DNA of 64,000 bases from an uncultured Gemmatimonadales bacterium (GCA_963793305.1 CAWBZV010000003.1:704001-768000), one strand, 5' to 3'; counted from the stretch's first letter, positions 29,792-40,949 are shown. The notes: generated by a model from the sequence alone, not told the origin. Numbers and translations are program-made.

Positions 29792-32311
29792 GTGAAACGC
29801 ATCTACGATGGATTGGCGCGTGCGTTCGACCGCAACCGGCTCGTTTTCTGGTATGACGGCGCCGGTGAGTGGAACGACACGTTCAAGGGCTACGCCCAGG
29901 AGGGCGTCGTCAAGCTGCGCGTCGCCAATGACGAGTTCGCGACCAAAGTCCGAGTCGTTCGGCAGCTGGACACGCGCTTTCTATTGTATGTGCCGGGTCC
30001 AAGGCCGAACGACGCCGACAACTGGCTGCTCGATTTGCTGCTCCAAGGGCATGAGTTCCACGCCGATAAGGCTGCTCTCGGCGCTGAGGAAGCCGGCCTT
30101 CCGCAGGAGTTCTGGCACCTCGCCGCCGACCACTCGGCGTTCTTCAACAGCACTAAACGCATCACTTTGTTGCGGGAGATTGTCACCGCAGAGGATCAAG
30201 TACGCGACATCCGCCTCAAGATGATGTCCGTGCTCGCCGGGACGCAGCCCGAGCTGGATACGCTGGTGCGCCATTTTCTCGCGCAACGCATCGACGGCGA
30301 GCCGGCTGATCCTGTTAGGGAGACACTTGCAGGAGCGGCTCTTGCGGAGCCGTTCTGGCGCGCTGTGGCTCAGCGCTTCGGATACGATGCGGCGTTGCCT
30401 TCGATCCGGGATTTTGCCGTCACACTGTTCCGCGCCGCGAATCCGCTGGACAGGAAGGTCACGCTCCTCCCGCATGCGACTGTATTCCTTCGAAACTGGA
30501 AGGACAGTCTTACCCACAAGGCAGCATACGAGCACTGGGCCAACGCGCTGGAGGAAGACCTTCAGATCGGCGTCGCACTCGCCGCCCTCGACGAACGCAC
30601 GTCGCTTGGTGAAAACGATACCTTCGAGTTGTTTGAGCGGTTCACGCTACACAAGGTGGTCGACGCCTTTCAGCAGGATAGCCCTTCGGGAGAACTCCGC
30701 TCCGTCATTCAGCAGCGACGGGGTTCTTTCTGGCGTGAGAAGCACGCGGATGGCTACGACGCGCTGGAGCACGCGGTTGCGCTGCGCGAGCTGATCGACG
30801 CGGCCGACCTGGAGCTGGAGTCAATGGAGATTGCCGCGCGTCGGTATGCAACGACGTGGTGGCAGATCGACATGGAGTATCGGCGTTGCACGTACCACCT
30901 GCGGCGGTACAGCCAGGCACAGGTCATGGAACCCGTGCGTGAATGGATCGAGAAGCACTACGTCAACAACTTTCTGCTTCCCGTCGCTGAGCGATGGGGC
31001 GACCAGGTGGCGCGTCTCGATCGCTGGGGATGCGAAGGTATTCCTGCGCAACGGCGATTCTTCGAAACGTATGTGCAGCCCTTCCTGTCAAAAGGGCAAA
31101 AGATCTTCGTCATCATTTCCGACGCCTTCCGCTACGAGGCCGCTGCGAATTTTGCCCGGCGGTTGGGGGAGACGAATCGGTGGTCCGCCGAGATTGAGCC
31201 CATGTTGAGCGCACTGCCTTCCTATACCCAGCTTGGCATGGCGTCTCTGCTTCCGGGCAGGGAGTGTTCGATCGACGCCGTTACAGGGAGCGCGAGCGTC
31301 GACGGTCGAAGCGCCGCCGGCACGCCGAATCGAAACGAGATCCTGTCGCTCGCCTGCAAGGGTCGCGGCACCGCCATACAGGCCGAAGACTTTCTTATCA
31401 TGAACGCGAGGACAGAAGGTCGCGACCTCATGCGCGACAACGACGTCGTGTACATCTATCACAACAAGATCGACCACATCGGAGACAAGACGACCACCGA
31501 GGTGCAAACGACCGAGGCAGTTGCGCAGGCGTTTGAGGAGCTCGAATCGATCATCAAGAAGGTCGCGAACATCAATGGCACGAACATGCTGCTGACGGCG
31601 GACCACGGATTTCTCTTCCAGCAAACGGCCATCGAGGATGGAGACATGGCCTATCTCCCACAGGCGACAAAGTGGGGTAGCCAAGGCCGTCGCTACGCGC
31701 TGGGCTGGGGCATTGCTCCATCTGCGGGCGTCAAGCAATTCAGCGCTGCCGCGCTCGGCGTGGGTGGTGATTGGACCGCGGCCTTTCCCTTGGCTCTCGG
31801 ACGATTTCTCGTGCGGGGTTCAGGCAACCGCTATGTACATGGCGGCATTAGCCTCCAAGAGGTGATCGTGCCGGTGGTAAAGATCCGCAAGACGCGCACG
31901 GATGATGTTGTTCAGGTGGATGTCGATATCCTGCGGGTGCCGGCAAAGATCACGACAGGTCAGCTCGCGGTTGCGGTTTACCAAGAGCAAGCCGTGGCTG
32001 ACAAGGTCCGGCCTCGCACACTTCGCATTGGCGTGTTCGCCAAAGATGGCGCCCAGTTGTCAGAGTTGAAGACCATTACCTTCGACTCCAAGGAGACGGA
32101 AGCGCGAATGCGTGAAACGTCCGTGGTGCTCGTCCTTTCGGGGACGGCAGACGCGCAGAACAATCGCACGGTCGAGCTTCGACTCGAAGAAACCGTTCAG
32201 GGCACGACCCACTGGGTCACGTACAAAATGCACGATGTCAAGATTCAGAGAGCCTTTATGAGTGACTTCGATGACGTTCTGATTCGACGCCCGCCGAGGA
32301 GACTGAGGTAG
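29792..32311 (+). CDS. pglZ: BREX PglZ alkaline-phosphatase-like protein
   Basis: VFWYD, IISDAFRYE, PSYTQLGMASLLP, TADHGF, YVHGGISLQE; the true stop may be near 32283. Confidence 0.93.
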   Translation: MKRIYDGLARAFDRNRLVFWYDGAGEWNDTFKGYAQEGVVKLRVANDEFATKVRVVRQLDTRFLLYVPGPRPNDADNWLLDLLLQGHEFHADKAALGAEEAGLPQEFWHLAADHSAFFNSTKRITLLREIVTAEDQVRDIRLKMMSVLAGTQPELDTLVRHFLAQRIDGEPADPVRETLAGAALAEPFWRAVAQRFGYDAALPSIRDFAVTLFRAANPLDRKVTLLPHATVFLRNWKDSLTHKAAYEHWANALEEDLQIGVALAALDERTSLGENDTFELFERFTLHKVVDAFQQDSPSGELRSVIQQRRGSFWREKHADGYDALEHAVALRELIDAADLELESMEIAARRYATTWWQIDMEYRRCTYHLRRYSQAQVMEPVREWIEKHYVNNFLLPVAERWGDQVARLDRWGCEGIPAQRRFFETYVQPFLSKGQKIFVIISDAFRYEAAANFARRLGETNRWSAEIEPMLSALPSYTQLGMASLLPGRECSIDAVTGSASVDGRSAAGTPNRNEILSLACKGRGTAIQAEDFLIMNARTEGRDLMRDNDVVYIYHNKIDHIGDKTTTEVQTTEAVAQAFEELESIIKKVANINGTNMLLTADHGFLFQQTAIEDGDMAYLPQATKWGSQGRRYALGWGIAPSAGVKQFSAAALGVGGDWTAAFPLALGRFLVRGSGNRYVHGGISLQEVIVPVVKIRKTRTDDVVQVDVDILRVPAKITTGQLAVAVYQEQAVADKVRPRTLRIGVFAKDGAQLSELKTITFDSKETEARMRETSVVLVLSGTADAQNNRTVELRLEETVQGTTHWVTYKMHDVKIQRAFMSDFDDVLIRRPPRRLR

Positions 32312-34417
32312 CCCCGCCAGCGCAGCATGCGCCGACTGCGCTCGATCGGAAAATTCTCGAGAACTTCACTGGGCTCGTCGTGCGAAAGGATTTGACACAG
32401 GGCCTGAAGCAGAACGCTGTCGTTCCGACATATGTGCTCGAGTACTTGCTCGGCCAGCACTGTGCGACTGACGACACCGGCAGTCATAGATCGCTGGCCT
32501 GCAGTCCGTCCAGCGCATTCTCGCCAAACACTACGTCCACCGAAATCAGGCGGAGCTGGTCAAGTCCACTATCAAGGAAAGGGGCCGGCACAAGGTTATC
32601 GACAAGCTGACTGTTGAGCTGAACGACAAGGGTGGATTTTACGAGGCAGAATTCACCAACCTCGGGCTCAAGAAAGTGCCGGTCGCGGATGACTTCGTGC
32701 GTACGGTTCCGAAGCTGCTGGTTGGCGGCATCTGGTGCATCACCGATGTCACCTACGAAGTGGTGGAAGACTCGAAGGGAAGTCCGTGGCAGATCGAGAC
32801 GCTCAAGCCCATCCAAGTCGCCAACGCCAACGTCGAGGAGTATCTCGCCGCGCGGGCGAAGTTCACAACGGAAGAGTGGATGGATGTGCTCATGCAGAGC
32901 ATGGGCTTCAATCCGGAGTTCTTTGGGCGCCGAGCAAAACTGCTCACTTTGATTCGCCTTATCCCGTATTGCGAGCGCAACTACAACCTTCTCGAACTCG
33001 GCCCCAAGGGCACCGGCAAATCGCACATTTACGCCGAGTTTTCACCGCACGGGATGCTCATATCCGGATCCGAGGTCACGGCGCCCAAGCTCTTTGTGAA
33101 CAACAACGCGAGCGGCAAGATCGGCTTGGTTGGATACTGGGACTGCGTCTGCTTCGATGAGTTCGCCGGCAAGGACAAGAGAGGTCGACAAGACGCTGGT
33201 CGACATCATGAAGAACTACATGGCCAACCGCACGCTTCTCGCGCGGCATCGAGCAACTCACGGCCGAGGCGTCAATGGTCTTCATGGGCAACACGCAGAA
33301 GTCGGTTGCGTACATGCTCAAGCACTCGCACTTCTTCGAACCGTTGCCGGACAAGTACATCGATTCCGCATTTCTCGATCGCATTCACGCCTACAATCCC
33401 GGATGGGAAGTTGCGCCGATTCGCCATGAGCTGTTCACGCATGGCTACGGCTTTGTCGTCGACTACATCGCGGAGGTGCTGAAGCATTTGCGAACTGAGG
33501 ACTTCACTGGCACGTATAAGAAGCATTTTGAGATCACTTCGGAAGTCTCGACGCGGGACCAGACCGGGTTTGAGAAGACGTTCTCGGGGTTGATGAAGAT
33601 CCTGTATCCGGACGGGAAGGCAACGCCGGCGGAGATCGAGGAACTCTTGTCCTTCGCGATGGAGGCTCGTCGCCGCGTACGCGAACACATTCTGCGAATC
33701 GACGACACCTTCAAGCGAAACGAGTTCGCCTATCGACCGGTGGGTGGGGGTGCGACCGTTCGCGTCGTGACGCCGGAGGAGCTGCAGTATCCGGCATTCG
33801 CTGCTCCGCCAGTTCCCGAAGCCGAGGACGAGCCCCTGGCCGCTGGCGTCGAACGCGTGGATGTAGCGGCAGCGCCTGCCGAAAGTGCCGGGACGGCAGT
33901 CCTTCCGATCGCCGCTGTTGAAGGACCAACCCATACAGGCCCAACGCACGTGGTGGTCCCGGAAAACGCCAAGGGATGGAGCTATCGGCGGCTATTTGCG
34001 GGGTACCTGGCGGGTGCGACGAAGATCACGATCAGGGATCCCTATGTTCGCCAGTTCTTCCAGGTGCGGAATCTTGTGGACTTCCTGCACCTGGTCTACG
34101 AAATGGCTCCGGAGGGTGATGAGGTGGCGGTGCACCTGACTACGTACGCCGATTCAGAAACCGCCGAGAGGCAGGAGGAGTTTTTGAACCAGGTGGTGAA
34201 GAACTTCGTCGGGTCCAAGGTGGCGTTCACATGGGACATTGATTCGAGTCCAAACTTCCATGCGCGGAGTATCGTGACCGATACGGGCTGGAAGATCAGC
34301 CTGGACCGAGGACTCGATCTCTTTCAGCGGTTTGATGGTGGGCCGCTGTCGCTTGAGCAGGGAAGTCAGGAGGCTCGCCTAACTCGTGGTGCGGAAATCA
34401 GCTATGTGAGGACGTAG
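32271..34417 (+). CDS. brxL: BREX BrxL with C-terminal MIT_C/PLD-like domain; about three frameshifts
   Basis: VVRKDL, VPTYVLEYLLG, ELGPKGTGKSH, FDEFAG, DSAFLDRIH; tail IRDPYVR...FHARSIVTDTGWKISLDRGLD; start approximate. Confidence 0.9.
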
Positions 34418-34795
34418 AGGAACACACGCGTCTCAGCTGCGGCGTACGACTTGGACGCCGCTCGACGACTGGAATTTGGCTCAGTATCCACGCATTGGAT
34501 GCGGAACGTTGAGACGAGCGCATAAGCGTGCTAAGGAAGTGGGGCGAGGCACCGCCAAGGCCGCAGCTACCGCCTGCGATGCCAGGAGACGAGGTCGAGT
34601 GGTTGCAGGAGGCGGGCCCGCGCGCATGGCGCTCGACCCGGCGCAGTCGTCACGAACTCCAGTCCAAGGCTACCCAAAGTCCGCGAACGCCGAATGTGTC
34701 TTAGCTACCGCCGTGAGTCCAGAGGGCCGCGCGATGCGCTCGATCGATCTTTTTCCGAGGGAGTGGGCCAGCTGGTCTCGGGTGTCACATCTGTA

Positions 34796-35158
34796 ATGCC
34801 TCAATGCTACCTCATCACACCGCCTGACCGGCAAAGCTCGGACTTGACCATCCAGTACCTCATTCGGCCAGTAGTGGCGCAGCATTTGTTCGAGGTCGAG
34901 GAGGCGGATCCGCGTTTCATCTCGATGCGTATGCTGCGGCTCCCACTCTGCATCGCGTACCTCCCGCGCGGCAATGCGAACGTCTATCACCAAATCCAGC
35001 TCCGCGAACAGATGAATCGTCCGCTGATCCCGATCATCCGCACGAGATTCTCGATGCCACGCGAAGTCACTCGTCAGCCGATTCTCGTGATCGACGACGA
35101 TTTGACGGCTGCTCGCCACGCGCTCGCCGAACGCCTGCCTCGCATTCTCGGTCACTAG
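34796..35158 (+). CDS. Small protein resembling a nucleoside-deoxyribosyltransferase/TIR-like domain
   Basis: CIAYLPRGNANVYHQIQLREQMNRPLIPI resembles the IADL...NPNVxYELG...KPxI motif. Confidence 0.45.
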   Translation: MPQCYLITPPDRQSSDLTIQYLIRPVVAQHLFEVEEADPRFISMRMLRLPLCIAYLPRGNANVYHQIQLREQMNRPLIPIIRTRFSMPREVTRQPILVIDDDLTAARHALAERLPRILGH

Positions 35159-36264
35159 CGCATCATAGGTGCCGGAACGAGGGCTCCACGGCGCACCAGC
35201 GTCACGACGAGCGGGGTCACTTCGGGATCCCCTCCGGCCGAGAACGCAATCGGCCCGGTGATACCCTGATAGGGATGCTGGGCCGTCAGACCCGCGAGGT
35301 ACGTCCGCACACCCGCGCGCGCGCGCGCACCATCGGCAAGCGCCTGTATCAGCAGGTTGGTCGCGTCATACGCCATCGTCCCGTCTTGCGCCGGCGAAAC
35401 ACCCCACCGCGCACGGAATTTGGCAACGAACGCCTGCACGTTTGGCCGCGGATCCGCGTCGGTAAATGGGACGCCAATGTACGCCCCTTCTGCGACTGCT
35501 GCATTCGCGACGATACCCGTCCATGCATCACCGCCGACGAACGCGGCGCCGAGGTTCTGTCGCTTGGCCTCTTCGAGCAGTTCGAGCCCCGCGCGCTCGA
35601 GGCTCACCGAGAACACGACTTCGGTCTTGAGTTGCTTCAAGTACGCGACGTAAGGCTCGAACGTCTTGGGGTTTTGGTCGACCGGCTCCGATGCGACCAC
35701 GGTGCCGCCGAACCCATCGCGGAACGCCCTACCCAGCCCACGCCCGTAGGCGTCGTTCTCATATAGTATCGCCGCCCGCCCACCGGGCCTGAGTCCCGCC
35801 GCAAACCTCCCGATCGCGCGCCCGCTCAGCGAGTCTGATGGCACGAGCCGGAACACCCACGGCGAAATGCCACTGAGCTCAGGCGCGGTCGCTGCCGAGG
35901 ACACGGCGACGAGGTGGCCATCATAAAGTCGTGCCGCCGCCAGGAGCGCCGGCGAGTTCACGTGTCCGATGACCGCGAGTACGCTCGGGTCATTCACCAG
36001 GGACTCAGCGACGACGGCGCCGAGCGCACCGGAGCGATGGTCGTCGACATAGCGGATGCGGATGGGTCGACTGTCGACGCCGCCCTTGGCGTTCACCTCT
36101 TCGACCGCGAGGTCGATGCCGTCCTTGGTGAGCGCCATCGACGGCTCGCTCCAGGGTCCGGCGGCGCCGAGAACTAGGGGCTTGGCGCTCACCGAGCAGT
36201 CGGTCAGGAACGCCGTCAGCGCGGTTGACAGAGCGACGGAGACACGTCTCGCGACTTTACTCAC
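35155..36264 (-). CDS. Branched-chain amino acid ABC transporter substrate-binding protein (LivK-like)
   Basis: GIDLAVEEVNAKGG, VIGHVNS, YENDAYGRGL, AYDA, YQGITGPIAF. Confidence 0.88.
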   Translation of the reverse strand: MSKVARRVSVALSTALTAFLTDCSVSAKPLVLGAAGPWSEPSMALTKDGIDLAVEEVNAKGGVDSRPIRIRYVDDHRSGALGAVVAESLVNDPSVLAVIGHVNSPALLAAARLYDGHLVAVSSAATAPELSGISPWVFRLVPSDSLSGRAIGRFAAGLRPGGRAAILYENDAYGRGLGRAFRDGFGGTVVASEPVDQNPKTFEPYVAYLKQLKTEVVFSVSLERAGLELLEEAKRQNLGAAFVGGDAWTGIVANAAVAEGAYIGVPFTDADPRPNVQAFVAKFRARWGVSPAQDGTMAYDATNLLIQALADGARARAGVRTYLAGLTAQHPYQGITGPIAFSAGGDPEVTPLVVTLVRRGALVPAPMMR

Positions 36265-36303
36265 GCTAGTAAGCGACGAGCGGAAGGGCCGCGGGTCACT
36301 CGT

Positions 36304-37599
36304 TTAGCGTAGCAGCTCGAGCGCCGCGACGTAGGTCAACTTCGCAGGAATCGCATTGCCAATCATCTCCGCCAGTGCCGCTCGGCCAACGTCTTCAAAG
36401 CGAAAGAAGTCCGGAATGAACTGCAGTCGGGCCGCCTCGTGCGGTGTAATCGTTCGACGCGCGAGCGGGTGTACATAGCGACCCTGCCCCATCGAGCCGA
36501 ATCCAGTCGTGATCGTCTGAGCCGGCTCGTCCCATCTCAGACGACCATAGACCGACCGATACGTGTGGTCCTTCTCTCGGTGGCACTTCGGACGCTGGCT
36601 GTTCGGAAGGTCGTGCAAATCTCGTTCGAAGAGGTAGTCGATTCTTCGCCTATTCTCGGCGGACGGAGTCGGCGCGCCATCGAAGACCGATTCCGACCGC
36701 TTGCTAAGAAGGTCTCCGCACGCCCACCTGAAGTCTCGGACGCGGACCCGATAGGGCTCCAGCATCTCCTCGAGTCTTATTTCGTGCCGCATCGAGGCTA
36801 CGAGAAAATGACGCTGCCGTCGTTGAGCCACTCCGAAGTCGGAGGCATCCAACAGCGCACCATCGAGCCGATAGCCCAGTCCCTCGAGTGCACTCCAGGT
36901 CTTCGCGTACACGTCGTTGACGTCGTGGAGAATGCCTCGAACGTTCTCGATAATGATGTGGTCTGGGCGCGTGAGCTCCGCGAAGCGCGCCATCTTGATA
37001 AAAAGCGCGTTTCGAGAATCGCGGCGCCGCGTGTGATTGTTCAGATCGGAGTGCCCCTGGCACGGCGGGCCGCCAATCAGCACGTGAATACGACCGACTC
37101 TTTCGACGAGCTCCGATTCCGCTGCAGTGGGTCGTTGTCCGACGACACCGTTGACGTACGTCTCGACCAATGTCGGAAGGACGTCGGCAGTCGGAAAGTT
37201 GTCCAGGTAGACGCCCGCGGCGACGGGATTGGAGTCGACCGCGAAGACTGGCTGTGGCCGAGCGCCAACCGCTCGGGCGGCTTCGACGACGCCGAGAGTC
37301 ATGAGACCGCAGCCACTGAAGAGATCCGCAATACGGACTATCTCTTCGCCTTGGTGAGACGGGGCCGAAGTCGTGCGAAGCCAGCGGCGATCGAATTCCC
37401 GAGACAGATCGGTATTGGGTCGACCACCCACGGGCAGTCGTGACTCCACGGTACCGCCGCGGCGCCTCCTCACCGATCGCACGATTTCGTTCGTGCGGGA
37501 GTCGATCCAGAACGACTCGACTGCTGACTGAGGGGTGGGCTTTCGATCGGCTGCGACCGAAAACAACTCCCCTTGATTCGCGTGCGAAACGACCGTCAT
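36304..37599 (-). CDS. dcm: DNA (cytosine-5)-methyltransferase
   Basis: DLFSGCG, GGPPCQ, ENV, QRRQR, TPHEAARLQ, GNAIP; ATG overlaps the vsr stop. Confidence 0.93.
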   Translation of the reverse strand: MTVVSHANQGELFSVAADRKPTPQSAVESFWIDSRTNEIVRSVRRRRGGTVESRLPVGGRPNTDLSREFDRRWLRTTSAPSHQGEEIVRIADLFSGCGLMTLGVVEAARAVGARPQPVFAVDSNPVAAGVYLDNFPTADVLPTLVETYVNGVVGQRPTAAESELVERVGRIHVLIGGPPCQGHSDLNNHTRRRDSRNALFIKMARFAELTRPDHIIIENVRGILHDVNDVYAKTWSALEGLGYRLDGALLDASDFGVAQRRQRHFLVASMRHEIRLEEMLEPYRVRVRDFRWACGDLLSKRSESVFDGAPTPSAENRRRIDYLFERDLHDLPNSQRPKCHREKDHTYRSVYGRLRWDEPAQTITTGFGSMGQGRYVHPLARRTITPHEAARLQFIPDFFRFEDVGRAALAEMIGNAIPAKLTYVAALELLR

Positions 37600-38033
37600 C
37601 CCAGGTGCTTCCTGGAGCCGACATTCCAAAACCGCTCCAGTCGGCCGCGGAGTTGCCGCCGATTCGCCAACTGACACTCCCACACGACGAGCACACGGTA
37701 TCCGGCCGACCGAAGCTCAGCTATTTTGCGCTGATCGCGCCGAACGTTTTCCAGAAGCTTTTGTTTCCAGAATGCCTTATTATTGCTGGGCACGCTTCCT
37801 CGACCACATATGGCGTGATGATGCCAAAAACAACCGTGTACGAACACCGCCTTACGGAGTTTTTGATTGGCGATGTCTGGCTGTCCCGGCAGGGATTTGA
37901 CGTTCACGCGGTAACGAGCCCCGAAACACGAGAGCTGCCGTCGGACCTGGAGTTCGGGCGTCGTGCCGCGCTGCCGGATGCGCTTCATCAGCGCTGACCG
38001 GTCAGGCGTTGTTAGAAGTTTTTCTCTGGCCAT
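37596..38033 (-). CDS. vsr: Very short patch repair endonuclease
   Basis: RSALMKRI, TTPE, LPGQPDI, FVHGCFWH, RRD, VVWEC. Confidence 0.93.
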   Translation of the reverse strand: MAREKLLTTPDRSALMKRIRQRGTTPELQVRRQLSCFGARYRVNVKSLPGQPDIANQKLRKAVFVHGCFWHHHAICGRGSVPSNNKAFWKQKLLENVRRDQRKIAELRSAGYRVLVVWECQLANRRQLRGRLERFWNVGSRKHLG

Positions 38034-38159
38034 CACGCCGGAACGACGTTTATTCGAAGAGAATATAGTGCGGCGCCGATTGGCGGCAATGGTGGCCAAT
38101 TGGCGAACGGGTAAATATTGATCGAAGAGGTACCGAGCGGGCGAGCTGAATCGAGACGC

Positions 38160-39404
38160 ATGGACGCTCTGAACAAACTGAAATCGGCCACGACTGTTGC
38201 CGGCATCTTCCAAGCGCTCCTCCCGGGTGAAAGCGAGGCCGTTCGGAGGCTGCGGTCGGACGCCTTGGATTTGAGCGGCGACGTGGTGACGCGTGGCGCT
38301 CTGATCATCGGTAATCCCGGCACGGGCAAGTCAACACTCGCCCGTGCGATCGCGCTCGGACGATACGCAAGCATACTCCGATCGCCGCGCGTGTCCGAGG
38401 TGCTGAAGTCGATGTCGCTCGATGGGCCAGCTCGGCTGTCGACCAGGAATATGGATTGGTACCGAGAGCTCTCACTGACGGGCCTCGTTGAAAATCTGGC
38501 CGCCAGCCAACTCTTCGGAATCGCCAAGGGCACAGCGACGGGTGTCACGCCGAAGGATGGGTTATTTCGACAAGCCATGCACGGGGGGCCACTTTCCGAG
38601 GGCCAGTCGGCCACGGCGGCAGCGACAATAACCGGAGGGGTGGTATTTCTCAATGAGATCGGCGACCTGCCCGCACCGCTCCAGCCGATGCTCCTGACAG
38701 TGCTCACGGGAGCCCAGGTGTATCCGGTGGGGTCGGAGGGTCATGCCGATCGCGGGTTCAGCTTTCACGGTCTGACCATCGCCGCCACTTGGCGTGACAT
38801 CGACTCCATTCGGCCCGACCTTCTCGCTCGGTTGTCGGATCACGTCATCCGCGTTCCTTCGCTCGCCGATCGACTCGATGATCTTCCGGAAATCGTCCGG
38901 GGCGTGATCGATGAAACGCGTCGTATCATCGCTGAGCGCGTGAAGCGGCTGACCGATCTGCCCTATTCGGATATCGATAAACACCGATTCGCTAGCCAGG
39001 AACCGGCGTACAACATTTCATCGTCCGATCTCGACAGACTCGGTCGGGTCGACTGGACCACGCACGGCGATATTCGTGGACTCGGTCAAATTCTTCACGC
39101 CGTAATGCAGCGAGGCCGCTCGGTGGCCGACGCGATCGCCGAGCACGAGAGCATCAGAAGACAAGAGGCGGGGCCGCGAACGGCGGAAATTCTGCTCGAA
39201 GAAATCCAGAGTGAGGCCCGGCCCGACCGGTCGCTCGTTTCGGCAGTTAGCGCCGCCGAGCAGCGGCTTCGGTGTGATGTAGCCGGTCTATTGCTCCAGG
39301 ACGATGGTCGATTCGAAGCCCTCGCCGAGGCTCTCGGGCTGAACCACGCCGCACTCAAGAAGCAGCTTTCGGATCTTCAACGCGACAGGAAGCGGCGCTC
39401 CTAG
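38160..39404 (+). CDS. Sigma54-interacting-type AAA+ transcriptional regulator with degenerate motifs
   Basis: GNPGTGKS, SQLFGIAKGTATG (for ELFGHxKGAFTGA), FLNEIGDL..LQPMLL, IAAT, DLLARL, GDIRGL, C-terminal HTH-like ALAEALGL. Confidence 0.75.
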   Translation: MDALNKLKSATTVAGIFQALLPGESEAVRRLRSDALDLSGDVVTRGALIIGNPGTGKSTLARAIALGRYASILRSPRVSEVLKSMSLDGPARLSTRNMDWYRELSLTGLVENLAASQLFGIAKGTATGVTPKDGLFRQAMHGGPLSEGQSATAAATITGGVVFLNEIGDLPAPLQPMLLTVLTGAQVYPVGSEGHADRGFSFHGLTIAATWRDIDSIRPDLLARLSDHVIRVPSLADRLDDLPEIVRGVIDETRRIIAERVKRLTDLPYSDIDKHRFASQEPAYNISSSDLDRLGRVDWTTHGDIRGLGQILHAVMQRGRSVADAIAEHESIRRQEAGPRTAEILLEEIQSEARPDRSLVSAVSAAEQRLRCDVAGLLLQDDGRFEALAEALGLNHAALKKQLSDLQRDRKRRS

Positions 39405-39502
39405 GCTCGAAACAATGTTCGGCGATTGGCGTGCTGCCTCGCCAAGTGGCGACGCCTTTACGCGCCAATCTCGTAAATAGCTGACTGGTAAGCGTTTACG
39501 AT

Positions 39503-39517
39503 TGGCACTATTACTGC
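39503..39517 (+). promoter_or_regulatory. Putative sigma54 -24/-12 promoter
   Basis: TGGCACTATTACTGC, exact GG-N10-GC spacing, upstream of the 39711 operon. Confidence 0.5.
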
Positions 39518-39710
39518 CACTGTGCCTCAGCGGGTAGGGACACGCCACGATCGGCTGCATCACGCCGATCGAACCGGGTCACTGCTAACGCGGGGCTCGG
39601 CCGGTAGCCGCTAGATCTAGACACTCGGATCTCCGACTAACGCTCGCGACTTCAAAACCCGATCGAGCGGCTGCCGAGTCGCTCGTGAAAGAAAATCCAT
39701 CGAGACGCGA

Positions 39711-40949
39711 ATGAACCCGCTCAACAAGAACATGCACGACTGGTACTTCCTCCGCGACGGCTTTGATAGTCTGCGTTTGGACCCCGAGCGTCACAGCGCA
39801 TTTCTCTTCGGCAAACTCGATCGCAATCGGCGCAATGCGCTCGTCAACGGCGTCGAGGAGGCCTGCTATGGGATGCGTGGCTACAAAGCGGTCATGTACG
39901 GCGACTACGGCCGCGGCAAGACCCATCAATGCAACAACATTATCTACGAGATTCACCGCCGTGAACTGCCTGTGCACCCTGTGTACGTGAAGTGCATCGA
40001 GTACGGCTCGAAAGAGGCGTTCGCAAGCTTGTTTTCGCAAATGGTCCTCGGTCTCGGAGTCGCTAACGTTCGGCGCGTCGCTCAGGAGTACGAGCATCGC
40101 GTGGCGAATGGCGGGACGGACACGCCATTGCCCATTGATGACGTCATTGGCAAAGGCGACGTCGCTCACGTCTTCAAGTCGCTGTCGCTCCAGAATGAGC
40201 TAATGGTAATGCTCGCGCTCAAATGGCTCGGCGGTGAGAAGTTGGACAAGGCGAACATCGAAAAACTCGGCGCCGCGTTGACGCCGCAGCTCACCGTGAG
40301 CCGCGATTTCGCAGCCGTGATGAAGGGGCTGGCCCACATGTTCCGCGAGGTAGACCGCCGCGTCATTCTCTTTTTCGTAGATGAAGCCGAATTGCTCAAA
40401 GGCGTCACCAATCCTGAGGCGAACCAGAAGTGGACGTCATCACTCCGAGCGCTGACGGAGATCACGCCAGTGGGCTACATCTTCTTCGTCGGGGCCAACA
40501 ACGAAGATGACATCCCTCAAGTGCTGGTGTGGGACGAGGTGCGCACCCGAATCGGTGCGGCGAATTACCGCGATCTGCCGAACCCCGGCGATGCGGCAAT
40601 GCGTCAATGGATCTTGGAATTTCTTCAGACTTTCGTCGCGAAGGGACCGGTACCCGAGCCGCAGCTCAATGCGCTCCCGGCAGATGCACAATCGACCGGT
40701 ATCGCTCCGGAGCTCAGTAGCATCGTAGGGAACGACGACGAAGCGCTTCGGGCCTTCCCGTTCACTCCGGACGCGTTGAACGAGTTCGTCAATCACTCTG
40801 TCACCGACCTCTTTGGCAACAAGCCTCGCGAGATCCTGGACCGCATTGATCGTGCGGCCGCTCGGGCGATGCGCTTCGGCCGGCATCGCATCGAGGTCTC
40901 CGACGTGATGTCCGTCCGGGGGGAGACCACGGATGAGGAGGACGAATGA
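39711..40949 (+). CDS. P-loop ATPase (AAA-like)
   Basis: Walker A GDYGRGKT, Walker B FFVDEAE, C-terminal FPFT...PREIL. Confidence 0.8.
   Translation: MNPLNKNMHDWYFLRDGFDSLRLDPERHSAFLFGKLDRNRRNALVNGVEEACYGMRGYKAVMYGDYGRGKTHQCNNIIYEIHRRELPVHPVYVKCIEYGSKEAFASLFSQMVLGLGVANVRRVAQEYEHRVANGGTDTPLPIDDVIGKGDVAHVFKSLSLQNELMVMLALKWLGGEKLDKANIEKLGAALTPQLTVSRDFAAVMKGLAHMFREVDRRVILFFVDEAELLKGVTNPEANQKWTSSLRALTEITPVGYIFFVGANNEDDIPQVLVWDEVRTRIGAANYRDLPNPGDAAMRQWILEFLQTFVAKGPVPEPQLNALPADAQSTGIAPELSSIVGNDDEALRAFPFTPDALNEFVNHSVTDLFGNKPREILDRIDRAAARAMRFGRHRIEVSDVMSVRGETTDEEDE

Noticed and set aside
35155..36264. LivK-like protein as part of the defence systems
   Set aside because: A typical solute-binding protein with no evidence of a functional link, more likely a host gene between insertions.
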